Shown: positions 12,769 to 26,996 of the stretch, piece after piece | Layout of the letters: each line of letters begins with the position of its first letter | Numbering within the stretch: position 1 is the first letter of the stretch | Assembly: GCF_037042905.1 (NCBI RefSeq) | Contig: NC_087245.1 | Coordinates: 34,846,001-34,910,000, forward strand | Direction: 5' to 3' | Length of the DNA: 64,000 bases | Source of the DNA: Lytechinus pictus | Lineage: Eukaryota | The notes under the pieces: model-generated | Seen by the model: only the letters and a program-made list of their open reading frames with translations | Database searches by the model: none | What the model was told of the DNA's origin: nothing | Program-made: the position numbers and the translations under genes

Positions 12769-14189
12769 CAGGCGCGTAGCCAGGGGGGGGGGGGGGCGGT
12801 GGGGGCGGTCGCCCCAAAAAAAAGTCCCCAAAAAAGAAAAAAGAAGGGAAAAAAGAGAGGAGAAAAGGAAAAGCGAAGGAAGGAAAGGGAAGAAAGGTAG
12901 CTTTGTGGGTTTTTCCTCTTATTCATTTTTTTCTCAAAAAAAGAAACTCCTTCACTCTTGCTCTAAATTTATATATATGAATTTTGCTTCCACGCTGCGC
13001 ACGATTAAATGACAATATTGCAGTTCTCCTTTGTTTCCCTCACCCTTTCTCTAACCCTGTTTTTTTCTCCTCAGCTATATGTGTTTCTTGCCAGTTAAAG
13101 TTCAAATATATACATTAGGGCATGAAATTAGAGTAAGGATAGACCGAAGTATATGAAATAATATTTTTTTTAATTGGTCGCGCAACTTTTGGTCGGGTCG
13201 GCTCCGGGCGGGTAAAATTATTATATCAATTTTTGCCGTCACCTCCAATATAGGCAACTTCTCCCGCTTTTCAGCTCATTACTAAACAACCATAATTTGG
13301 GGGCAAACAAGTTCCTAATTTAAAAAGAGGAAGGTATAAAACTCGTGTCGTATTAAATAAAAAAGTACAATATTTTTTTATCAAATTCTACTAAACTTCA
13401 TGTCATTTCCCTACACATTCATCTCCTGTCCTGTTTTGCGCCCTCAGTTTGAATAACACTTAATTTTCTTTATCATTCAAAATGAAGCGCATCAGGATAA
13501 GTCAAAGAAATTATACACCATCCTGTTTTATATAATTTAAATAAATCACAGAAGTTTCAACTTTTTGCGCACCATTTTCCTTGTAATGAAGTTCAATAGT
13601 CTTAGAGGGAAAACAATTGACGAAACGTCCGCCCTTTGAAATTTCAGAGTTTCATTGCTATGCACGGGGAGGAATATCTTCCTCCCGGCATATATCCTTC
13701 TTCTCCTCTGTTTTGCGAGTTAAAGATATGCACTGTCGCTAAATATTGTTTGTAATCAAATCTGATCTTTCCAAGGAAAGTATTCAATACTGATAACTTA
13801 AAGAATATACCCTTTTCTCGGGCCTTTTCTTTATTAAAAAAAATGATAAAACGCTTTAGCTTCCGCGCTTCGCGAGGGGTCAATAATGTTTTCATTTCCT
13901 CCATTTTATCCCTTTTTTGTGCGTTCACAATCACTTTTGAAAACCAAGGTTCAAAATCACAATATAGTCAACTGAATTGGGGCTAATATAGGTTCTAGAG
14001 ACAAGAGAAACGGCTCCTTTCCATTTTGATTTATGAAACACCGAAAGATTCGCGCGGGAGGGGGAAACTCCCCCTCCCTAACTCCCCCTCCCTGCACCCA
14101 CCCCCTAGAGAGCGCGCGAACTGTAAGTGTTGAGATGCTTTGCGTGCATTTACCGCCCCCTCCAAAATGAAATCCTGGCTACGCGGTTG
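12769..14189 (+). mobile_element. hAT-like non-autonomous element (~1.42 kb), copy 1
   Basis: TIR CAGGCGCGTAGCCAGG / CCTGGCTACGCGGTTG; 8-bp TSD ATTTTACA (12761-12768, 14190-14197); colinear with copy 2. Confidence 0.88.
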
Positions 14190-17100
14190 ATTTTACACTG
14201 TACAAAATAGGAGGAATAACAACAAAAGAAAAGCACTTACAAAATATGGATAAAAGGTGAATGAATTCACCGAAATCTATCTTTAAAAAGCTGCCAGTGA
14301 AAGTGAAGTTAGCCAAATACAATTTTGTGATATATTTTATGAAAAATAATTATATTTCACCCTCCCCCATTTCGTTTTCTTTATTTTTCTTGCTTTTTCT
14401 TGGTCATAAAACTTTTCCGGGTCCATGGTCACCTACATGCCAGTGTTTTTTTTTTCTTTCGAAATGGGGGTGTATGTACATGTTAAATTAAATTACAAAA
14501 CTTCACAAGGACGAAATCCATTATGCAAGTGCATAGCACGAACTAAAATTTCTTTAATAGTGCCTAAAAATTGCCATTTTAAGGAATTCAGTCAGTTTTA
14601 TACGGGTTCTTTCCCTATGTATACCCTCATTTCAAAAAGTTCTCACTCCTTTTTATTTCCTCTCCTTACTTTACGTCCGAACCTGAACAGAGAGTAGGGG
14701 GGAGAGTATAATTTATATAGGCCTAATAACAAACATGGAGTGATATATTCTAAAGAGTTGTAAAATACGCTTGGTTACAGGTAGGGGGAAATTTTGAAGA
14801 TATTTTTTGTCACAACATTTTATCATACGTCGTCTAGATTTTTTTTCTTCTTCTTCCTCCATCCATCTGTTTCTGTGTCCAAATTTTTTGTTGCAATAAC
14901 AATAAACTGCGGGAACAATGAAATGAATAGTCATGCATATACCATAATCACCGCACCATCACTATGATGTCGTGTTCTATATAGATTAGGCCTACTGGTG
15001 GGATGATATAATACAGCCCCCCCCCCCATGGGATAAATTCCCCAAGGATCGACAACTATATGGTTATTCACGTGATCATGAAATTACAAAGATGTTTGAA
15101 AGCCATAATCACTATATACCATCGTTATGACGTCGTGTTCTACCATAAAGTGGTGGGGGTGAAAATACAGCCCGTCCCCCCCCCCCCCGAAATGGGATAT
15201 ATTCCCCCAGGATCGACACCTATGGTTATTTACGTGATCGTGAAATTACAAAGAAAAATATGTTCGAAAGCATATCATAAAGTCTCCCTTTCTTCAAATC
15301 CTTCATTGGTCTTCCTTAATTGTAAAATAAACTTCACTGTCAAACCATATTATATTCACAAGTAAGGATTTTTTTTCCTTCTCAATCTGAGACACTACAC
15401 TAAAAACACAATAGAAGAGATGCTGATTTTTAAATAATTACATTCAGCCCATGCAACTAGCCAACTGTAACACCTCATCCCTCCTTCTCCGTTGTGTGTA
15501 TATCTCTCTCTTTCTCTCTTTCTTTTCTAAATTATGAATATCAAAATATGGAGCTTGGGACCAGCCCGCCCCAAAAGTTCAAACACCAAGATAAAATTGA
15601 GAAAAAGACAGAAAAGGAAAGGGAAAGGAGTGTATCATTTTCTAAGTGTAATAGTTTCAATGCCTTGATAGCTCAAAATCCCCAAGGCCAAGGCTTAAAA
15701 GTCCATGCAAGGCAAAGGCTTTGAAAAGGTAAGCTTTAAGATCAATTAAGGCCGAGCATCAAGGCACTTCAACGCTAGTAATATAAGAGGCACTTATAAT
15801 ATGAGAAAGTGCACCTATTAAGAAGGCAATTTAAAGTACTGTCTTGCTAACGATATAAATCGGGTCCTTCTCAGGTATGAGAAGGGAACAAAACACTTTC
15901 GTGAGGTCACTTTTTTTGTAAAAAGGGGCACGGATTCGAGAAATAAGCCGGCACCTCACAAGAAAGCAAGGGTGCACTTGGGACTTGCTCACACATAAAA
16001 CGGGTCCTTCTCTTCCTAAAGGGGCACAGAACACGTATGTTCGCGGTGAGCATATTTTTTAATGGTAAAAATTGGGAGTGAGACAATTTTTTGTATAAAT
16101 TGGCACTTAATTAGTCGAGAAAGGGCACTTGAACACACCTAAAACGGGTCCTCCTCAGGTGAAAGGGGCACAGTCCACGTTTGCGAGGGGGAATTTTTCT
16201 TGCGTAGAAAGTTTTTTTTTAATGCTTCAAAAGTGCAAGGGAGCACTGTGCCCCCCCCCCCCCCCGGGATTGCCGCCCCTGGAGTGGGGTAGATAAGTCA
16301 TTTTTTGTTATAAGATAGTGCCCTTTTCGAAAGAAAGAGTGATCTCCCCCCCCCTTTTTTCCCCCTTTCAACTTCGCTCCGCCGCCCCTGCATGCCTAAG
16401 GTATAATTCCCTTGTTTCGGGAACCCCACCGCTTGCGAACAGAAAAAAAAGCAATACCAAAAGAAAAGAAGGGGAAGGGAGGTATATTCATTTGGGGATT
16501 CATTTAATGTAAAAAAAAAAAGATAAGAAAACTGAATGAAACAATTATTAGGGGCTGATATGCTCAAATCATCTGGCAATTCGAGTCTCAAAATTTTGTT
16601 TCGGCGAGATACGCATCCATCTATGTAATACGCATCCTGTCAGTGTTGGATATTCAGCTCTCGCTATACGCGGTTCCATTATTTTGATAAAGAAGATATC
16701 ATTCTTGAATTCAAACATTCAAACAATCTTTAAAATATGTTAGCATAATTTATATCAATTATTTAAAGTGATTGTAAAACTCAAAGCATCAAACGGCAAG
16801 ACAATATACAGAGTCATCAAAGATGAAAGTGGCTTACGTAATCTGGATGCCACTCCGACATCTTAACGGTTTGATGAACTATAGGCCTATAGGCCAAAGG
16901 CTTATTACATCCTGTCACTATCGTGACGTTGTTTATTTTTTAAATCTAGTTATTTCACTTCTTAAGACTTAAATAATAGTTCTGTTTGAAAGGCTTATTG
17001 TTCGATTAAGTCACGTAATTAGATAATATATTTTTTATATTACGGTGATATTACACATTATAAATATCATAGAGTCATTCTAAGACCTTCAATCATGAGT

Positions 17101-17455
17101 AACTCTGTATACTTTACTTATAGGTATCTACTCTTTATACCTTTACTAAAACTTACGTAATCCTATTCCATATATGGAAATAAAGTGTCCATGTGTTTGT
17201 TGTTCTGCTCTGAAGCACCTTGAGCATCTAATCAAGATGGAAAGTGCGCTATACAAATCTCATGTATTATTATCAGTTTCAGTTCAGTTTGGTTTATTTT
17301 CATTTCAACTCAAGTCAATTTAACAGTAAAAGAAATCCTTACAAAGATATAAATGAATATACAGTATGACAATATGGCATACATGAATAAATATTTACAA
17401 TAGACACTAAACAATATAATAATCATATTAATAATGATATTTACAATGAACTATA

Positions 17456-19521
17456 CACAACAAAAAAAGTAAGTCCCCCCCCCTAAATCAAATTGCTGTA
17501 ACTTTTGAACGGAATTATTTTGAGATATGATATTTCGTAAGTGGTTTTCTACACTCATTAAGCAACCTCTGGAGAAAAATGAGATTGATCGGTTGAGTCA
17601 TGCATGAGTAATTAAAGATTGAATTAAAAATGACCATTTTTGAAAGTCACAAGAGTCGTTTTTCAGATTGTGCAAATACAAAGCTGGGCAAAAGTTGTTT
17701 TTAGGTGAATTTTATGGTGTTAATGCTGTTTTACTATCCATCATTTAGCCACTCCACACACAATTTTGATATCGTATGTTCATGGTTGAGTGAGCACAAT
17801 AATGCAGGGGCCGCGGGGGGGGGGGGGGGGCTCAGCCCCCAACTTTTTTCCAAAAGCATGTACAAAAATGTAAAAATGACCATACGATTGTGATTTTTTG
17901 CATGGTCAGCCCCCCCCCCCCCCACTTTGAAAACCGTTCCGCGGCCCCTGTATAGTGACGTATCATCAAAGGGGTTTATGGTAGTATCCTCTACAACTTG
18001 TTAGATCATGTTAAAATTTGAAAATGTTGGTGGCTCCCCCGATTATAGGCCCCTCCCCCATTTAAAGATTCTGGATCCACCACTGATTTGTCCATAAATT
18101 AAACTGATCATGAGAATTTGTAAGAAAAAATACATTTATACAGTATAAAGAGTATTCATTCCTAAGTTTTCGAATGTGCTCGCTCAACCATGAAAATTTT
18201 AAAACTTCGGAAAGTGTGTGGTGATAGAAATGATGGATGATAAAAACAACAGCAATTAAAGTCACATTTGAAACCGAATTTGCCCCCAATATTCACTTTA
18301 TTACCATTTAAAATGGGTCTGTGACATTGAAAATACCCAATTTCCCACTTTGATGTGTGCTCACTCATCCATAAATAAACAAATCGATTTAATTTTTGCA
18401 CAGAATTCTGCCCATAGGTTGATAAACATTACTGCCAAATGACATTGCTAAAGACAGCCTTGAAAAAAAGTTCCACCACATTGAATAGGGGTTACTTATT
18501 CTTAAACATATGCACCCATAATGTACACAAGTCTATGAGAGAGGAAGTCAACATTTTAACAAATATGAAATGAGGGTTTGTTTCATGGATGGTTTTTGTT
18601 ACTTCTGAGAACAATTTTTTCATGAAACTTCGCACGTGGCTTCAGATTAACACTATCCAAAATATGCGCACACCAAAATAACCATTTGATACGGCACAGA
18701 GTGGGGCCAGGGCCTTGAACTTTCTTCTCATTTGCATAATTTTCGAATATTGTGTGCTCACTGATGCATTAAACATTGGGATTTTCATAAAAATCAAATC
18801 AAATGAACCATGCAAGGAGGTTTGTGATAGATATCCATAGTTACAAATTGCATTTTTTCCATAACGTAAAAAAGAGCTAATCACATTCCACATGTTCATT
18901 CAAGCGTGAATGTTTAATTAAACGCGTTTGAACCATTGAAGCATGTTAATTGGTCATGAACATAACGAAAAAGTTGAGAAAAGATCATTTTCAGTTACCA
19001 AAATGAAACAATACTTGCCTATGATATTTGAAAATCGTATCTTTTGTTTTCAATAAATGTTCATTGAACTGTGAAACAATGAATATTGTTGAAGATGCTC
19101 TTCCCAAAAATAATTGTCATCACATTCTATCATTTTTATTGATAGAAATGTGTAAAAAATCCAATTATAGCAAATTTGGACTTTTGTTCATTCAACCGTG
19201 AAATTTAGCCAGAAAAGTTGTATCGTCTTTTAAAAAGTACCTTTTACAAGCCTTCTGACTATTTTTCATGATGAGAATGTGGAATTAGTTCCAATAAAAA
19301 TGGAATCAAAGTCATGATATTTGGCTTGTGACTTTTGAAAAGTGACATTTTTGCCTTCTGACGGAGCTCACTGAAGCATGACGTAAAATACGTCCATAAC
19401 ATTTACTCAGAGGGTAGCCTATAAAATTACCTACACGCTCATGTAAAAATATATTAAAAACTCGCATTGGTTCGGAAATTATTGATGTTTGTTTAAGGGG
19501 GGACTTACTTTTTTTGTTGTG
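17456..19521. mobile_element. Tc1/mariner-like non-autonomous element (~2.07 kb) containing a nested MITE
   Basis: TA|CACAACAAAAAAAGTAAGTCCCCCC ... GGGGGGACTTACTTTTTTTGTTGTG|TA (25-bp TIR); no transposase ORF seen. Confidence 0.8.
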
Positions 19522-20099
19522 TATATATTAGATAATCATAATAATAATTCTAGACTATTCATGATAAAGTATTTTGCATATAATTTCTTTTATTCATGCA
19601 TCATTAATATTTAAATAAATGTTGAGGAAATGGAGGGATCCACTAAAAAGCAGGACTTGTTGAGTGTGAATTCCTCAAAGAATAAGTTAAAAGATAGATT
19701 TGTAGGAATAAGTATTAATGTAAGAACGAGAAGAAGAAAAAAAAATGCTGTTGTGATGGATGGAGTACGAAAAATGATGGATGGAAAGTGAATGTAAAGA
19801 AAGACTGGTGCACGTACCTGTGTGCATGGATGAAAGAGAAAGAAAGAGAAAAAAATAGGGGTGATGGCAGATGAAAGGGAAGAACAAAGAGGAAGGAAGA
19901 GAGAGAGAGAGAAAGAGAGAGGTTGGGTCATGATGAGCGCTCAATTATTATTATTATCGTAAAAAGAAATCGAAAGCCCATGCTTGTATACAAATTGTGG
20001 GACATGGGTTCATATTAAATGTGATAACATTCCACTATCCACTAGAAGGATTTGTAAATTGGCAGTGCCGGAGATTTTTGTTACAGATTTTACCATTTA

Positions 20100-20425
20100 T
20101 TGAAAACGATGAGTATTTGTAATGAAGATGACCATATGATGATAAAGACACAGGGCTGTAGGGGGGGGGGTCGAGTTGGGTGCTACATTAAGAATAACAT
20201 ATCTTACGTAAGACGGGAAGATTTAGAATGTGAAGATATTGAACTGATGTGGTTAGAAATAAAACGGCGCCAAAGTATAATTCCATTTTTGTTGGGATTA
20301 TCATAGAAAAAAAATCTTGTGATGTTTCTTCAACAAACTCGAACAAAATGTTGATAATTTATTTTCTATTACAAATAATGTTGTTGTTTTAGGGGATTTT
20401 GATTGCAATATGATGACTAGCAACC
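20100..20425 (+). pseudogene. Decayed LINE (CR1/L2-type) APE endonuclease fragment; continues at 21873-21931
   Basis: GGGRVGCYIKNNISYVRREDLECEDIELMWLEIK...NNVVVLGDFDCNM resembles the APE GGGV..Y and GDFN motifs; frameshifted. Confidence 0.7.
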
Positions 20426-21864
20426 CAGGCGCGTAGCCAGGGGGGGCGGTGGGGCGGTCGCCCCCCCCCAAACGTCCCCAAAAAGAAAAAAAAAAGAAGG
20501 GAAAAAAGAGAGGAGAAAAGGAAAAGCGGAGGGAGGAAAGGGAAGAAAGGTAGCTTTGTGGATTTTTCTTGGTATTCTTTATTTTTTTTATCAAAAGAGA
20601 AACTCCTTCACTGTTGCTCTAAATTTATATACCTGAATTTTGCTTCCAAATGACAATGTGGACAATATTGCAGTTCTCCTTTGTTTCCCTCTTCTTTTCT
20701 CTAACCCTGATTTTTCACCTCAGTTTCTTGCCAGTTCAAGTTGAAATGTATACATGAGGGCATGGCATTAGAGTAAGGTTAGGCCAAAGTGTATGAAGTT
20801 ATCTTTTTTTTCAAATTGATCGCGCAACTTTTGGTCGGGTCGGCTCCGGGCGGGTCAAATCTTTATATCCATTTCTGCCGTCACCTCCATATAGGTAACT
20901 TCTCCCGCTTTTCAGCTCATTACTAAACAACAATAATTTGGGGGGGGGGGGCAAACAGGTTCCTAATTTAAAAAGAGGAAGGTATAAAATTCGTGTCGTA
21001 TTAAATAAAAAAGTACAATTTTTTAAATCAATTCTATTAAACTTCATGTCATTTCCCTGCACATTCATCTTCTGTCCTATTTTGCGCCCTCAGTTTGAAA
21101 TTTTGAATGACACTCAAGGTCCTTTATCATTCAAAATGAAGCGCTTCAGGATAAGTCAAAGAAATTATACATCATCCTTTTTGATATAATATAAATCACA
21201 GAATTTTCAACTTTTTCGCGGTATTTTCCTTATAATGAAGTTAAATAATCTTAGAAAATCAATTGAATAAGATCCGATGGGTATAGAGATATCTGCATTT
21301 GATGAAACGTCCGCCCTTTGAGATTTCAGAGTTTCGAATTGCTCTGCTTGGGGATGAATATCTTCCTCCCGGCATATATCCTTCTTCTCCTCTGTTTTGC
21401 GAGTTAAAGATTTGCACTGTCGCTAAATTGTTTGTAACCAAATCTGATCTTTCCAAGTGAAGCATTCAATATGACTTAGAGAATACCCTTTTCTCGGGAC
21501 CCTTTTCTTTGCAAAAAAAATGATAAAACTCTTTAGCTTCCGCGCTTCGCGCAGGGTAATTATTATTTTAATTTCCTCCATTTTATCCCTTTTTTGTGCG
21601 TTCACAATCACTTTTGAAAACAAGGTTCAAAATCACAATATAGGCAACTGAATTGGAGCTGATATAAGTAATATAGACAAGAGAGACGGCTCCTTTTCAT
21701 TTTAATTTATGAAACACCGAAAGCTTCGCGCTTCGCAAGGGAGGGGGAAACCCCCCCTCCCTGCACCCACCCCCTAGGGAGCGCGCTTCGCGCGCTCTGC
21801 AAGTGCTGGCACGCTTCGCGTGCATTTACCGCCCCCCAAAAATGAATCCCTGGCTACGCGGTTG
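20426..21864 (+). mobile_element. hAT-like non-autonomous element (~1.44 kb), copy 2
   Basis: Same TIRs as copy 1; 8-bp TSD TAGCAACC (20418-20425, 21865-21872). Confidence 0.88.
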
Positions 21865-22239
21865 TAGCAACCATTTATCAAATAAAGTAAACGAGTTTCG
21901 TAATAATTTTAACATGCGTCAAATCATAAATGTCAATGCCCATTTGGTCTAAGGTATAAATTAAAAAAAATAGATATGAATGTATATCCATGAATTCACT
22001 GATTTCTTCACAATTTTTTGTGTTCTCCGTTGTTTACAAAGGACATTTTGCAAATTTCCTGTAGAAAAAATTATGACACTGATGGATTTCCATAGAGTTA
22101 CTTTTGATTGGATCAATCGTAACTCATTGTAAGACGCGGCCCATACAGGTGTGCATACACACCCCTCGGCTCTTGCCTCTCATCATACCCCCCCCCTCCC
22201 ACACACACATTCGCCCTTTCTGTAACACGATTGACTTTC

Positions 22240-22826
22240 TTAAAGGGATGGTCCAGGCTGAAAGTATTTATAGCTTATTAAATAGAGTAGAATTCACTGA
22301 CCAATATGCGAAAATTTCATCAAAATCGGATAACAAATAACAAAGTTATTGAATTTTAAAGTTTTCTGTGAAAACAGTCGTCATGAATATTCATTAGGTG
22401 GGCTGATGATGTCACATCTCCCACTTGTTCTTTTGTATTTTATTATATGAAATTAGGTTTATTCAAAAATTTTCCTCCAAGAACTAGAAAAATTGGATTG
22501 ACAAATGATTTAGTGCATTAGACATCTATTGCTGCAACTTATTTCATTATAAGGGAGACATATTATTCACACAAGTATGAAATAATGAAAAAATTATGAT
22601 TTTATGTAATATCATAAGAAAACGGAAGGTGGAGATGTGACATCATCAGCCCACCTAATGAATATTCATGGAAACTGTTTTCGCAAAATACTGCTAAACT
22701 TTAAACTTCAATAACTTTATTATTAATTTTGTTATCCGATTTTGATGAAATTTTCGGCATTTTGCTCAGTGAATTCTACTCTATGTATTAAGATATAAAT
22801 ATTTTCAGCCTGGACCATCCCTTTAA
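22240..22826. mobile_element. TTAA-flanked, largely palindromic MITE (Kolobok-like)
   Basis: TTAA|AGGGATGGTCCAGGCTGAAA ... TTTCAGCCTGGACCATCCCT|TTAA; arms ~190 bp; partial copy at ~43455-43650. Confidence 0.85.
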
Positions 22827-23571
22827 TATGAGATATACAATCTGCAATCATTTTCTCATCAGATCGCAAAATTGAAAATGTAATTGTTTTTATGAAATCA
22901 TTTCGATCACGCTTGCCATTAATTTTGTTGCAAATGCACAAACAAAACAAGAACAAAAAGATGTTTTAAAAGGGTGGTTTTGAAAGACTGGTCAATGGTC
23001 AATCGATCGCGGGGTGTATATAGGGGATTTTTTTTTTTATCCCAAAAGCTATTTTTTAAAGACCAGCCAAACATGTTCCTGAAAAGTGTTCGGGTTCTTC
23101 CCGATTTTACAAAACTTGTTTATTTAGGGGTCATATTCTAGCGACAACTTGTTTAGGGGCCAAAATGTGTAAATGAAGCCCGCGAAAAGCTTGTTTAGGG
23201 GGTTATTTTGCACACTGAGAAAAACTCATTTACGGGGTGTTTGGAAATAATTTGGTCACGCATGTGTACAGCAATACATTTGACTGCCACCCCCCCCCCC
23301 CCCCCGGGCATTTAGATGAAGTGGCTCCTGAAGAATGTGTCCAATGGATGAAATTGCTCTTTACTGTGGCATGTTACCGAAATGTGCAGGCACATCACGT
23401 TATAACGTAACATTTGGTAACAATAGATCCCGTCAGGTATAGGTGCACCATTGGTAAAAAATTTCTTTTACCCAAATTAGTAGTTACCAAATATGTTGCA
23501 ACACACCATCACAATCAAAACTATATAACATCATCACCCATAAGCATTGGAGAATGAGTATCATTACTCAT

Positions 23572-23865
23572 GGAGCGTTGTGGCCCAGTGGATTAATGTC
23601 CGGACTTTGAAACAGGGTCGTGGGTTCAAATCCCAGCCATGGCGTAGTTTCCTTCAGCAAGAAATTTACCCACATTGTGCTGCACTCAACCCAGGTGAGG
23701 TGAATGGGTACCTGGCAGGAATTTATTCCTTGAAATGCCGAGCGCTGGAAAGGCTGCTTGAGCTACAGCCGGGGTAATAATATCCAAGTCCTTTAGAAGC
23801 ACATAGAGACGTTATTCATGTGTTATGCGCTAAACAAGAACTGACTATTATTATTATTATTATTA
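23572..23865 (+). mobile_element. tRNA-derived SINE
   Basis: A box TGGCCCAGTGG, B box GGTTCAAATCC, core cccaggtgaggtgaatgggtacc, (ATT)n tail. Confidence 0.85.
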
Positions 23866-25114
23866 CAAACTGAAAGTGATCAAACTCATTTGTCGAAGTG
23901 GTAAATTAACAAAATCATACATGTTTACACCACTGAAATTAACGAACACCCAAAGACATTATTCATTCCTTTTCTTGGTGTATAAATATATATATACACA
24001 CACTTTATTAACAATACATGTATATCAATTTTTTTACACTGAATTGTACAAAACCTAAATCTTGTTTATTATATTTAACAATCATTTATACAAAGTGTGT
24101 ATATCTTATTGCTATACAGTAGTAAGCAGGTTACAAGAAACCATGTCAATTCAAATATTTTCACAATCAATCATTCATGACTTTCAGTTCACTTTCAAAA
24201 ATCATTTTTGGAGTCAAATTCATTGCCTAAGCAGATTTTGTTGTGGGAAATGTATGTTTTGAAATGCTCCTTTGGATTTCTGTGTATTATAGAAGATACT
24301 TTGAGCAAAAGAACATAATTCGCTATAAGAAAATAAGTAAACCATAAAATGAACTTGCAGTTAAGTCAATACTATCTCGACAGTCTGAAAACCAGGAAAT
24401 TGACTTTAGTCTACTGAAAGGGGATTTTAATTCGCACACATTTTAAAACACATCATCAAATTTACTTTTTTACTTACATTCATTACTGTAACCAACAATA
24501 GAGTTCAGAAAAGCATGTTTCTACCAGAAGATAATTAAAACATAAATATTCCTCATAATATGATATTGGGTTAAAAAGGAGAGTTAGTGTGTAATCGGAA
24601 TCATTTCCAATTTGAGGATTACCACAAAATGTAAATTGACACAACTGGAATATTCATCATGTTTCAACAAATAACAACCAATTTTAATGACAGCTTCTCT
24701 CTGTTCTCCCACCTTTCATTATTTTTGTCTAACCAAGAAGTTTTTATGACTGAAGTCCATCTCATTATAAACCTCCTTGGTCAAACACCAAATGGGCACA
24801 GAAAAATGAACATCAGATCCAGGGGATAACTGGACCAAATGGCACTTCAATTAAACTAATAGATCAAATGACAATAAATAAAGTGGAGATTAATAAGACC
24901 AAATGATAGTAGTGCTGAACACAAATTATACCATGTAAGTTTTATAACAGTTGATGGGGAAGCTCATTCTTGGATATCAGCTTGTTTTTAATATAAGCAT
25001 TAAAAAAAAGAAACATACAGATGAAAGTTTTGGAAAAAAGAAAGAAAAGAATAACAAAAATAAGGACTTTTCAAGTTTTTAAAAAGTTGCCTCAGTATGT
25101 GATATTGATCTCAT

Positions 25115-25325
25115 ACAAGTGGTGCGAGCGCCTCTGGCATTCCTGGCTGCATTACGCAATTCAATATAGCACAAGTGCTGACTTTGAAAACGACTATAGA
25201 ATAATCATTCAGAAAAAAACTCCATTCATATGATGATAAAATACTGTGTTCATTGACCCTAAACGACCTTTGACCTTGGTCATGTGACCAGTAAGTCACA
25301 AAGGATATTCAGTGATACTTGATTA
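25115..25325 (+). mobile_element. Truncated copy of the 6034-7149 family
   Basis: acaagtgg...gcctctggca...gctgcattacgcaattcaatatagca plus one gacctttgaccttggtcatgtgacc unit. Confidence 0.65.
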
Positions 25326-25361
25326 CAGAGGAGCAACGCCTTCAGTCTCTCTCTCTGCTAT

Positions 25362-25643
25362 CCTGGGCCCCTTCTTACAAAGAGTTAAGATTGATCCAAT
25401 CAATCGTAACTCTATGGAAATCCATTAGTGTCATAATTTTTTCTACAGGTAATTTGTAATATGTCCTATGTAAACAAAGGAGAACACACCAATTTGTCAA
25501 GAAATCAATGAATTTATGGATATACATCCATATCTAATTTTTTTTTCAAACAAACATGCATTTTAGATGTTGACTTTGCTGGTTTCCATCCATAGTTGCG
25601 ATTGATTGGATCAATCGCAACTCTTTGTAAGACTGGGCCAAGG
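25362..25643. mobile_element. MITE, same family as 577-837
   Basis: cctgggccccttcttacaaagag ... ctctttgtaagactgggccaagg. Confidence 0.75.
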
Positions 25644-26391
25644 AGTCCTAGTGAGAGCTAAATAAAAAAGAGTTGTCATTAATAGTAAATACTTCAACTT
25701 TTATATCAGTTATAAACAAACTACAAAATAAACAAGAATAAGAAGTTATAAATTGCACTTAATAGTTCCTAGAATATATATATATATATATGTTTATTTG
25801 ATGTTTATGAATATTATCAATACAAGATAACAATTGCTGAATGTGCTTTCCAAAGTATAAATTTCACCAGGGTCATTCAACTGAAAACTACATAACTTTA
25901 TTGAATATTCCAAATCTACAATAATTCCTTGAAGATCAAATACTGATTTTAAAGGTCTTTGAGTACATTTCATGTTCCAATTGTTTGTTGAACATTAAAT
26001 CCCAAATAAAAAATTCTGAAAGATTTCACAGGACCTCAAGAGAAAGAGAGAAAAAAGAATTATTAAAAACTATCCAATTTATATTCCAAACAAAATAAAT
26101 AAAACTGAGTGTACATGTTTGTGACAACCCCACAAAGGGTGACATGTAGCATTAATAATAAAATTGGCAAATTGGCATCTATCTAGAAATATTCTATTCC
26201 AAGGCGCACAAGAAAAAGAAATGAGAGAGTTTGGATGAGTGTCAAAGTGCCAAAAACTAATGAGACTTCAGTTTAGATTTGAAGGTTTCCAGTGATGATG
26301 TAATTCATAAATTCAACGGCAAATTATTTCAGAGATTAGGTGCTGGGGCAGAAAAGCTTGTGCACCATATGCTACATGTGTTTTGGCAGTC

Positions 26392-26996
26392 TTAAAGGAC
26401 AAGTCCACCCCAATTCATTTGAATAAAAAGAGAAAAATCCAACAAGCGGTAAACTGAAAATTTCATCAAGATCGGATGTAAATTAAGAAAGTTATGACAT
26501 TTTAAAGTTTCGCTTAATTTCACAAAACAGTTATATGCACATGTCCTGGTTGGTATGCAAATGAGGAGACTGATGACATCATCCACTCACTATTTCTTTT
26601 GTATTTTATTATATGAAATATGAAAAATTCTAATTTTCTCCTCATTGTCAAGTGAAACAGTGATTAATTCCTCCCTGAACATGTGAAATTAGCATTGTTT
26701 AATATTATATGATTCAGTCAAGTCAGTCCCAATGGTCAAATCTATAAAAAATGAAATATTGTATAATTCAAACAATAAAAAACAAAAGAAATAGTGAGTG
26801 ATGGACATCATCGACTGACTCATTTGCATGTCACTGAGTTGTGCATATCACTGTTTTTTGAAAAACAAGTGAAACTTTAAAATGTCATAACTTCTTATTT
26901 TTCATCCGATTTTGATGAAATTTTCAGTGTTATGCTAGTTTGATTTTTTTCTATTTATTCAAATCAACATTTTGCTGGGGTTGACTTGACCTTTAA
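26392..26996. mobile_element. TTAA-flanked MITE (Kolobok-like, AGGACAAGTCCACCCC family)
   Basis: TTAA|AGGACAAGTCCACCCC ... GGGGTTGACTTGACCT|TTAA; sisters at 40009-40489 and 60884-61487, partial at ~45030-45130. Confidence 0.85.

Noticed and set aside
13644..13934. Transposase remnant in the 1.4-kb hAT-like element
   Set aside because: Frames differ between the two copies and no DDE or BED motif is recognisable
19611..19944. Hydrophobic Phe/Ser/Leu-rich ORFs (also 44447-44833, 46010-46314)
   Set aside because: Translation of low-complexity purine/pyrimidine tracts
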